This document shows, in pieces, positions 1 to 7,505 of a stretch of 13,633 nt of DNA. Position 1 is the stretch's first letter. Each line of letters opens with the position of its first letter. The notes beneath the pieces were generated by a model. The model was not told the DNA's origin. It worked only from the letters and a program-made list of their open reading frames with translations, and did no database searches. Position numbers and translations under genes: made by a program. This stretch comes from Paramoeba atlantica (Eukaryota > Protista > Discosea), in NCBI GenBank assembly GCA_977017575.1, contig CDRNVI010000223.1:1-13633 (forward strand), read 5' to 3'.

Positions 1-354
1 CATTTACTATCAGGTCATGTGCATGGAGTTGGTACTGTGCATAATATCATTAATACGCCAACTCAATACGATTTACATATTCATGTTCCACAAGCTTGGC
101 TACCCTATATTGTTGCTAAAGGCTTTATTGGCTTAAATGGATCGAGTTTAACGGTTGTTGATGTGGACCATTCACAATCAACGTTTAGTGTGTCTCTTAT
201 CCCAGAAACGTTGAAACGCACACGTTTTGCTGACCGCCAAGTGGGTGATCGACTGAATGTCGAACTCGATCAACAAACGCGTACTATTGTTGATACAGTG
301 ACGCGTATTTTAAAAATAAATCTTGTACCACTGATTGACACTACGATCCATTAG
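1..354 (+). CDS. ribE: Riboflavin synthase (alpha chain), 5'-truncated by the window edge
   Basis: Frame is open from base 1 (HLLSGHVHGVG...). It shows the C-terminal riboflavin synthase motifs KGFIGLNGSSLTV, SLIPETL and VNVELD-like LNVELDQQTRTIVDTV, resembling the stand-alone E. coli RibC type. Confidence 0.93.
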   Translation, partial: HLLSGHVHGVGTVHNIINTPTQYDLHIHVPQAWLPYIVAKGFIGLNGSSLTVVDVDHSQSTFSVSLIPETLKRTRFADRQVGDRLNVELDQQTRTIVDTVTRILKINLVPLIDTTIH

Positions 355-2290
355 CGATTGTCGTTATCAACTGATCGTTAAATTGTTTATCTTTGATTTT
401 AATCTTGCTCTCTTTCAGCAAATTCGCTAAGAATTGTTCGTAATCATAACTTGCCATCATTTGCATCAATTGTTGTTGATAACGTAAGCGCGCCATGGCA
501 TCCTTTTCAATCTTTTTAGTTAATTTGCCGGGATGTACAGCATTTACTCGAACTAATACATAATCCCCAGATGGCAGCGTAATACCGCCATAGCTTGGTT
601 GTTGTGAGGTTGGAGGTGGCAATGTAAATGCATAATCAGCAATGGCAGGTGTCACCTTCTGACTATTGCGGTTAATACTAGCTGCTTTCCACGCAACATG
701 CATGTTAGTCAATTCAGTTGTTTTTACCCCATTGCCCAACTTAGTCAGCATTGGTTTGCCGATTGCTTGCGCACGCGCTGCACTACTTTGTTTAATCAGA
801 GTTTGTTTAATGCTTTGATGTACATCCGCCAACGGACGCACTTGTTTTGGAGTGTGTTTTATTACTCGCAATACGATCACCGACTTGGCATCAAGAGCAA
901 TCACATCACTATTATTACTGTTGATTAGCACATCATTACTAAATGCGGCATTAACCACACGTTTATTCGCAGCAATGCCGGTCTTTGCCCCAGCACGAGT
1001 AAAGGTATCGCTTTGTTGGATCGGTAAATTCAATTGTTGGCTTGCTTTAGTCAAACTATCTGGATTTTCATAGGTAATGCTAGCCAATAATTCACTGTCA
1101 TTGGCAAACAACGTTTCTGCTTTTTGCTGGGTTAACAGTGTTTTAATTCGTGCTTTCACTTTAGCAAACGGTTGCACAACAGCGGGTTTGACACTGAGTA
1201 ATTTAATAATCTCATAACCATATTGCGTCTTAATTGGATCAGCAACCTTTCCTGGCTTTAACCCAGACACGGCTGCATCAAATTTAGCACCTAATACGCC
1301 AAGTGCATAGCCGACTAACACACCGCCTTTATTTGCAGTTAATCCATCTTGAGAATAGCGTTTAGCCAATTTAGTAAAGTTGGCACCTTGGCGCAATTGA
1401 CTGACTATCTGATCAGCTTGTTGTTTCACTTGTTGGGTTGCTTGCTCGTTAGCATCAGCTGGAACACTCAATAATATATGCGCCACGTGCCAAGTCGGTG
1501 ACGTAGTATATTGTTCACGATGTGTTTGGTAATACTCTTCAAGATCGTGATTAGTTAGCTGAATGGGTTTGGCTAATTTATCGATGGACAGCGTAATATA
1601 GGCAATACGCACTCGCTCTGGCACACTAAAATTTTCTTGATGCTGCTGATAATACTGTGCAATATCAGCATCATTAACCTTAATCTTTTTGGCAAACTGT
1701 TTTGCTGAAATGGTTGCGTAATGGATATCACGTGTCTGCAATCCTAGCCCAATAAATTCATCTAATTCATTTGGCAAAATAAACGTACTGTCTTCAAATG
1801 TCGCGCGCAATTGCTGGTTAACAAATTGGGTTTTAATCTGTTGTAAAAATGCTGCTGGACTAATGCCTTGGACACTTAACGCATTTAGAAAACGTTGCTG
1901 AGAAAATTGTCCCTCTTGTTGAAAGGCAGGAATTTGCGCGATAACGGCATTTATCTGTACATCAGATGCCATTAAGCCCAGTTTGGTTAATTGCTGATAC
2001 ATGACTTGTTCAAGTAACAAGGTATTTAAGGCTTGCTGCCATAATTTGCGATCAGATGATGCGCTATTGTCACCCTCTTCAAGCGTTGCCTGTTGATTGC
2101 GTTGTAAGTGTTGATATTGTTGGTTTAATTGTTCACGACTGACTTCATGACCATTCACTGTGGCCACAACATCCGATTGACCTAGGTGAAAATAACTGGA
2201 AAATCCCCATACAACAAATGCCAAACACAGCACAATAATAATTGTCCATGCAATCCACCCTTGTGATTTATCACGAATGCTTTGCAGCAT
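341..2290 (-). CDS. ppiD: PpiD, inner-membrane-anchored periplasmic chaperone (SurA-N domain + parvulin-like domain)
   Basis: 649 aa. Typical start MLQSIRDKSQGWIAW followed by one TM helix, VATVNGHEV, and a parvulin-like segment VAHILL...FTKLAKRYSQD...KGG. GGGG RBS 6 nt upstream of the ATG. Confidence 0.92.
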   Translation of the reverse strand: MLQSIRDKSQGWIAWTIIIVLCLAFVVWGFSSYFHLGQSDVVATVNGHEVSREQLNQQYQHLQRNQQATLEEGDNSASSDRKLWQQALNTLLLEQVMYQQLTKLGLMASDVQINAVIAQIPAFQQEGQFSQQRFLNALSVQGISPAAFLQQIKTQFVNQQLRATFEDSTFILPNELDEFIGLGLQTRDIHYATISAKQFAKKIKVNDADIAQYYQQHQENFSVPERVRIAYITLSIDKLAKPIQLTNHDLEEYYQTHREQYTTSPTWHVAHILLSVPADANEQATQQVKQQADQIVSQLRQGANFTKLAKRYSQDGLTANKGGVLVGYALGVLGAKFDAAVSGLKPGKVADPIKTQYGYEIIKLLSVKPAVVQPFAKVKARIKTLLTQQKAETLFANDSELLASITYENPDSLTKASQQLNLPIQQSDTFTRAGAKTGIAANKRVVNAAFSNDVLINSNNSDVIALDAKSVIVLRVIKHTPKQVRPLADVHQSIKQTLIKQSSAARAQAIGKPMLTKLGNGVKTTELTNMHVAWKAASINRNSQKVTPAIADYAFTLPPPTSQQPSYGGITLPSGDYVLVRVNAVHPGKLTKKIEKDAMARLRYQQQLMQMMASYDYEQFLANLLKESKIKIKDKQFNDQLITTIANGS

Positions 2291-2464
2291 ATGCTTTCCC
2301 CGTTATGTAAATTAAATTGACGTTGATTTACTTTAGCTTTTTAAAAGCTCTAAAGATTAATTAAACAATAATTACACCATTAAACGTGTGTTAGCGTTAA
2401 CATTGACGCGACAGTATACCGTGCTTTTTTAGTAAATTCGAGCTAATCATGCACACTCACGATG

Positions 2465-2488
2465 CAGTTTTACAAACTGAACTATACT
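2465..2488 (+). promoter_or_regulatory. Candidate -10 element CTATACT (2482-2488) with an upstream inverted repeat CAGTTT-tac-AAACTG (2465-2479)
   Basis: CTATACT matches the RpoS-type -10 consensus and there is no good -35. The palindrome lies where an operator or activator site would be. It sits directly upstream of a terminator-bounded segment. Confidence 0.35.
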
Positions 2489-2513
2489 GTTAACTGTGTG
2501 CAGGACTGATCCC

Positions 2514-2588
2514 ATGCGTTCTACCCCCCAGGCTGAAAATCAGCCAAGTATTAGATCGGTTACTGTCCATGACAAGAGGGTGATCTAA
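2514..2588 (+). CDS. Possible 24-aa small ORF MRSTPQAENQPSIRSVTVHDKRVI
   Basis: AGGA at 2502-2505 lies 8 nt before ATG 2514. The TAA stop falls in the terminator loop. No homology recognised. Confidence 0.25.
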   Translation: MRSTPQAENQPSIRSVTVHDKRVI

Positions 2589-2603
2589 CGATCGCCCTTT
2601 TTT
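2577..2603 (+). terminator. Intrinsic terminator
   Basis: AGGGTGATC-TAAC-GATCGCCCT followed by a T run (2598-2603). The one G-U pair works only on the + strand. Confidence 0.8.
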
Positions 2604-2768
2604 ATTGGGTATCTGGGATAAATCTTAGTAAAGTTGCTTAATGCCAATAAATTACTAATTTAGTTTAAAATTGTACCAAGATTGACACGATGCTCAACTT
2701 TTTAGGGAAATGCAAATACCCGCTAAATGCAATTTAAACCTTATACTTCCAACCACGACTACTATAGA

Positions 2769-3137
2769 TTAAATAACACCAGAATATTCTACTGTAAATG
2801 TTGTTTCTGGCATTCCAGCATGATGCTCTACTGGTAAATTTTCTTCTTTCAAATGCCAAATTGATGGTTGCGGTATAAATCTATCAAGCCACTCACGTTC
2901 TGGTTCTGATAACGGTTTCTCTTGTGTTGTATCGGGCAAATACACCACCGCTTTTGCTTTGTTAACATCCCCATCTTCTTCACCCTTAACTTCAACTTCC
3001 TCAACAGTTAATCCATATTTATTGATTAAAAAATAATCCATTAAAAAATTAGCATAATCTTCTTGATCCTCCCCTTGCTGTAATAACAAAGTACCCAGCA
3101 CAATGATGGGATCAATATCTTTGATATAAACAGCCAA
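2769..3137 (-). CDS. Hypothetical acidic protein, or the C-terminal fragment of the upstream disrupted gene
   Basis: 122-aa ORF with only a TTG start. The frame is open up to 3218 and overlaps the neighbouring ORF. Confidence 0.45.
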   Translation of the reverse strand: MAVYIKDIDPIIVLGTLLLQQGEDQEDYANFLMDYFLINKYGLTVEEVEVKGEEDGDVNKAKAVVYLPDTTQEKPLSEPEREWLDRFIPQPSIWHLKEENLPVEHHAGMPETTFTVEYSGVI

Positions 3138-4000
3138 GTTACTGGTACTATCTTGCCTTTGTTGCCAATTTGTTTTTCTATATTGTTGATAACAACAATC
3201 AATAAATGGTAAGTTTTCTCATCATTAGGTAATTTTTTTGCAGAATCAGCTTTCATTAAACTTGAAAAGCCCAAAAAGCAATCAAATGGATCTTCAGTTA
3301 ATATTTTATGAAGATAATCAACATATTGCTGTGAAAAATAAGGCAATAAGTCAAGTAATAGTGGCATGACAACATCAAATAACCACGGATCATAAAAAGT
3401 GCCTTTTGCAACATGCACTGAAAAGAGTGATTTTAATACCAAATACATTTTATCTGTACTAGTTTCAAGTTTAACCAACGCCATAATATAGTTTTTTATT
3501 GATTCTTTACAATTCCATCTATTATTAGATTCAATTTTTCTTATAACAAAATCACTGACCTTTTCTATCCATCCTTCTTTGTATTGCAACATTTCTTTCG
3601 CTTGTAGATTTTTTTCTATCAATGTTGGAATAACATCCAATAAATTTCCTATAATATTAAAGTTATCATTATTTTCAGCATAATTAAGTGAAAAAATAAT
3701 GTCTATATATTTTTCAAACTCAAATTGATTTCTGCACACTTGAATAAAACCAATATAATAAAATGTAAATCCCCAATTCGGATTTGGAGATAATTGCATG
3801 ATTCTATCAATCCATTCATATTTTTTTTCTTTAAAAATAAAAGCAAAAAATCGTCTTTTTTCCACTATGGTTGCTTCTTGCTGAAAATGTTGAACAAAGT
3901 GGTTAAAACAACCATCTGAAAAATTCTGGTTTATGATCCAAGAAATTCTTTTTTTATATAAATTATTTTTGAATATCCCTTCAATTAATCGGAGAATACT
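3041..4000 (-). pseudogene. AT-rich, probably alpha-helical hypothetical protein, 5'-truncated by the IS3 element
   Basis: The frame of the 3041-3865 ORF stays stop-free up to the IS boundary (SILRLIEGIFKNNLYKKRISWIINQNF...) with no ATG. The first stop is inside the IS at 4061-4063. Confidence 0.7.
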
Positions 4001-4078
4001 ACGGTAACCCTCCCATAAAATAGACCTGTTTATAAGTAGAATATTCTGATAATTTATTACTCATCAGGAGATTTTGCG

Positions 4079-4366
4079 ATGAAGAAAAGTAAATTGAGCA
4101 CGACCCAAATAGTAACGATGTTGTCGGAAGGAGAAGCGGGATTATCGGCAGGGGATTTATGCCGCAAATATCAGATTTCGTCTGCGACCTATTATAAGTT
4201 AAGAAGTCAATATGCGGGTATGAGTGTGTCTGAGCTAAAACGCTTAAAGGAACTAGAGGCAGAGAATCAGCGATTAAAAGCGATGTATGCTGATATTAGC
4301 TTGGAACATAAGATATTAAAAGAGGTACTTGAAAAAAAGTATCCAGAGCTGCTAGACGAGAATTAG
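4079..4366 (+). CDS. IS3-family transposase OrfA (HTH)
   Basis: MKKSKLSTTQIV...DLCRKYQISSATYYKLRSQYAGMSVSELKRLKELEAENQRLK. AGGAG RBS at 4066-4070. Confidence 0.93.
   Translation: MKKSKLSTTQIVTMLSEGEAGLSAGDLCRKYQISSATYYKLRSQYAGMSVSELKRLKELEAENQRLKAMYADISLEHKILKEVLEKKYPELLDEN
4333..4339 (+). other. Programmed -1 ribosomal frameshift site A-AAA-AAG
   Basis: The heptamer is in the correct phase with orfA (E-K-K). A -1 shift reads VSRAARRELVSAICQRYSLSINRSC straight into orfB, giving a ~372-aa OrfAB. Confidence 0.85.
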
Positions 4367-5196
4367 TCAGTGCAATTTGCCAGAGATATTCATTGAGTAT
4401 TAATCGCAGTTGCCAACTGATGTCTATCAGCAAGACAGGGTATTACTACAAGAGCAAGAAGCATACATCAGATGGAGAAATATTATCTTATTTGCTTAAT
4501 TTAACAGACAAGTATACACGTTGGGGATTTGACAAGATGATGTTGAAAGTTAAACAAGAGCAAAGAGGTTGGAACCATAAACGTGTTTATCGAGTTTACC
4601 GTGAACATGGGTTAAATATTAGGATAAAGCCTCGTAAACGATTAGCCAAAGGAGAAGCAAAGATGTTGTTGCAACCTATTGCCAGGAATATCTGTTGGTC
4701 GATTGATTTTATGTCAGATGCATTAGCATGTGGCACTAAGTTTAGAACGTTTAATGTTATTGATGATTATAACCGTGAATGTTTGCTGATTGAGGCAAGT
4801 TATTCTTTTCCAGCCAAGCGAGTAACGCAATTGCTTGACCAAGTTGCCATAACCCAAGGTTATCCAACAATGATACGTGTTGACCACGGGCCAGAATTTG
4901 AGTCTTATCATTTCAAGGAGTGGGCTAAGCAACATCACATATTGCTTCACTTCATTCAGCCTGGCAAGCCAGCACAAAATGGATTTATTGAGCGTTTTAA
5001 CCGTACGTATCGTGAAGATGTATTGGACATGAACTTGTTTAGAAATTTTAATGAAGTCAGAAAAATTACTCAGCAGTGGATCAACTGCTACAACCAAGAT
5101 AGGCCACATGAATCGTTGGCTGGACTGTCTCCTGTGCAGTTCAGACAATACCGGAAACAAATCACAGGCAATGAGAAATTTTCTACTGTAGACTAG
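4337..5196 (+). CDS. IS3-family transposase OrfB (DDE/rve integrase core), expressed as an OrfAB fusion
   Basis: WSIDFMSD, RVDHGPEF and QNGFIERFNRT carry the D-D-E triad. No internal stops. Confidence 0.93.
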
Positions 5197-5334
5197 TTTT
5201 ATAAATGGGGGGTTTACAGTTCTTTCCTCACAATTAGCCTCAGTTCTTAACAGAGTCTGCTATTTTTAGAAGTACTCAAGATGATTGTACAAATTCAGAT
5301 GCGTTCACCCTTAGATGACAACCTAGGAAATTCC

Positions 5335-5363
5335 TTGCACTTTGTAACTTTATAGGTTATAAG
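5335..5363 (+). promoter_or_regulatory. Sigma70-type promoter for cspA
   Basis: TTGCAC (5335-5340), a 17-bp spacer, then TATAAG (5358-5363). This gives a ~195-nt 5' UTR, as expected for cold-shock genes. Confidence 0.55.
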
Positions 5364-5563
5364 GCTATCTGAGTTTTTGTTACTCTTGTCTGAAATGATG
5401 TTACTAGTGATAGTATGCCCCTGATAAAAGGGTATCTGAAGATCTTCTATATTGTTGATCCTAAGCGTTAACGTTTGAATAAGAGTGAAATGGTGAGCTG
5501 CGTAGTGCAACTGACTGAATAAATGCTCTTTAACTAACAATCTAAACGCTAAAGGAAAATATC

Positions 5564-5773
5564 ATGGCAAACGGTATAGTAAAATTTTTCAACACGGCCA
5601 AGGGCTATGGCTTCATCGCTCCTGATGATGGCTCAAAAGACATCTTTGTTCATATCAGCGCATTAGAAAAAGCTGGTCTACGTCAACTGAATGATGGACA
5701 AAAAGTCTCTTACCAAATAGAGACTAATAATGGCAAGACTTCTGCCGTAGATATTCAGCTACAAGACGGCTAA
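5564..5773 (+). CDS. cspA: Cold-shock protein, CspA family
   Basis: 69 aa with RNP1 KGYGFI and RNP2 [16 protein letters not shown]. Confidence 0.96.
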   Translation: MANGIVKFFNTAKGYGFIAPDDGSKDIFVHISALEKAGLRQLNDGQKVSYQIETNNGKTSAVDIQLQDG

Positions 5774-5866
5774 TATCACTCATCCAATTCTAATTGCTCA
5801 AAGCAGATTACGCCGTCATTTGTGTGTGGCATTTGGCGTGCGTTTATCTGTGACAAGGGGATAAAC

Positions 5867-7057
5867 ATGAAAACATTTCAAGAAATGGGGCTTCCGGAAA
5901 CCCTGATACATACTTTGCAGCATATGCAATTCAATGAACCAACCCCTATTCAGGCTAAGGTCATTCCTCTGGCATTGCAAGGCAAAGATATATTGGGATC
6001 AGCGCAAACTGGAACGGGTAAAACCGGTGCCTTTGGTATCCCACTTGTTGCAAAACTGTTATCCAACCCCCTTGCTTCTGCGCTAGTGATGACACCGACG
6101 CGTGAGCTTGCCACACAGGTGATGAGCCAATTACAAGCCATGCTGGGTAAGAAATCAAAGATCAAATCGGCTTTACTAATTGGTGGTCAATCTATGCCGA
6201 AGCAGTTTGCTCAGCTTCGTAATCATCCACGCGTTATTGTGGGCACACCCGGACGTATTAATGATCACCTCAAGCGTGGCACTTTGAAGCTTCATGATAC
6301 TGATTTTCTGGTACTGGATGAAACAGATCGAATATTGGACATGGGTTTTACCATCCAAATTGAGAATGTAATGAAATATATGGCTGCTAAACGTCAGACA
6401 TTGTTATTTTCAGCTACGTTGCCGAAAAATATTGTGCGAATTGCTGAAAAATATCTAAATAAGGCTGTCCGTGTTGCTGTGAGTGCAACGTCAGCACCCG
6501 CCGCCAATATCAAACAAGATATTCTGCGAATTAGTGAAGCAGATAAATACCCCAACTTGCTCTCTCAGCTCGAGAAGCGAGCAGGCTCGATTATTGTATT
6601 TGTAAAAACAAAATATGGTACCGAAAAAATGGCTGCCAAACTCTCGAAGGATGGCCACAGCGCTGATGCTATTCACGGTAATCTTCGTCAAAACAAGCGT
6701 GATCGAGTGATGGCTGCCTTCCGCAATAAAAAATACCGCATTCTTGTTGCAACTGATGTTGCAGCTCGTGGTTTGGATATTCCTCATATCAAGCACGTCA
6801 TCAATTATGACCTACCTCAATCTGCAGAAGATTATATTCACCGCATTGGTCGTACAGCCAGAGCTGGAGCAGAGGGCTCTGCCCTGAACCTCGTAACACC
6901 TTCCGACAAAATGAAATGGAATACAATTTGTCGGCTGCTTAACCCAGATGCACCAGCAAAAAAATTAAGCAAACCAAAGCGTAATAGCAAAAAATCAAAT
7001 AAGTTCAGAGGCAACCACAAACCTTTTGACCAAAAGCCAAGTCGAAAAGTCGCTTAA
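5867..7057 (+). CDS. DEAD-box ATP-dependent RNA helicase (RhlE-like, DETD variant)
   Basis: Q motif PTPIQ, AQTGTGKT, PTRELA, GG, TPGR, DETD, SAT, ARGLD and HRIGRTAR, with a short basic C-tail. The ATG at 5867 has an AAGGGG RBS, so it is preferred over the GTG at 5822. Confidence 0.94.
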   Translation: MKTFQEMGLPETLIHTLQHMQFNEPTPIQAKVIPLALQGKDILGSAQTGTGKTGAFGIPLVAKLLSNPLASALVMTPTRELATQVMSQLQAMLGKKSKIKSALLIGGQSMPKQFAQLRNHPRVIVGTPGRINDHLKRGTLKLHDTDFLVLDETDRILDMGFTIQIENVMKYMAAKRQTLLFSATLPKNIVRIAEKYLNKAVRVAVSATSAPAANIKQDILRISEADKYPNLLSQLEKRAGSIIVFVKTKYGTEKMAAKLSKDGHSADAIHGNLRQNKRDRVMAAFRNKKYRILVATDVAARGLDIPHIKHVINYDLPQSAEDYIHRIGRTARAGAEGSALNLVTPSDKMKWNTICRLLNPDAPAKKLSKPKRNSKKSNKFRGNHKPFDQKPSRKVA

Positions 7058-7116
7058 ACTGCTTCCTTCAAGGTTATTAGCTTCTGTTACAAGTAACGCC
7101 ATGTTCGACTTTATCT

Positions 7117-7139
7117 AAAAAGCCAAATTTATTTGGCTT
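7117..7139. terminator. Hairpin or possible terminator between convergent genes
   Basis: AAGCCAAAT-tt-ATTTGGCTT (7120-7139). The U-tail is present only on the minus strand (A run at 7117-7121). Confidence 0.45.
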
Positions 7140-7178
7140 CAAAAATACCTTAATAGAACCTCTGCGCGTTGAGGCGTT

Positions 7179-7210
7179 ATCCCAGAAGCCGTGGAACGGC
7201 TATCTGGGAT
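7179..7210. repeat. GC-rich long hairpin (REP/MITE-like palindrome?)
   Basis: ATCCCAGA-AGCCG-tggaa-CGGCT-a-TCTGGGAT: 13 bp of pairing with a single-base bulge and no U tail. Confidence 0.45.
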
Positions 7211-7505
7211 CTGAATAGTCAAATAGTTGCGCTATTACATAGAAAGTCAAATATCATGTTACAAATACAGTTTTTTGTTTCGTTTTTTTGTTAGTCATAA
7301 TTAAGTATCCAATAATTTTTTATATTTCTTAGCCAAGCTACATTTTCTTGATTTAAAGCTTTGATCAACGATTTTTAAAAATCCACCTTCGACATTAGCT
7401 TATTCTGTATTTTTAATCATGCCGATAATATGCAGATAAATTACTGAGAAAATCCTGATATCAATACAGGGTAATCCATGTGTGGGTTGCGTCTACTTTA
7501 ATACT

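Larger units (their letters stand above)
2495..2603 (+). ncRNA. Putative ~110-nt small RNA or leader RNA (family not recognised)
   Basis: GC-richer structured island in an AT-rich intergenic region. Bounded by a -10-like element and an intrinsic terminator. Internal hairpins GGCTG-AAAAT-CAGCC (2531-2545) and TGTC-CAT-GACA (2564-2574). Confidence 0.45.
4001..5220 (+). mobile_element. IS3-family insertion sequence (IS407-group-like), ~1.22 kb
   Basis: Imperfect terminal IRs: ACGGTAACCCTCCCAT (4001-4016) vs the reverse complement of 5205-5220, ACTGTAAACCCCCCAT (13/16). Encloses orfA and orfB. Confidence 0.92.

Noticed and set aside
698-1073. ORFs 698-928 and 852-1073 (+)
   Set aside because: Antisense shadows of ppiD with no RBS or family features.
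2291-2768. tRNA, SRP, 6S, tmRNA or known riboswitch upstream of ppiD
   Set aside because: No T-loop (GGTTCG) or cloverleaf on either strand, and no diagnostic motif of these RNAs recognised. Only one GGA, so not CsrB/Rsm-like.
4723-5160. 145-aa minus-strand ORF
   Set aside because: Antisense shadow of IS3 orfB.
5295-5540. 81-aa minus-strand ORF
   Set aside because: Overlaps the cspA promoter and 5' UTR in antisense and has no recognisable protein features.
5822-5866. N-terminal extension of the helicase from GTG 5822
   Set aside because: ATG 5867 has a good RBS and gives the typical F..MGL helicase start.
5950-7020. Several short minus-strand ORFs
   Set aside because: Shadows of the helicase gene.
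4001-7500. Composite transposon carrying cspA-helicase
   Set aside because: No second IS copy or IR is visible in the window.
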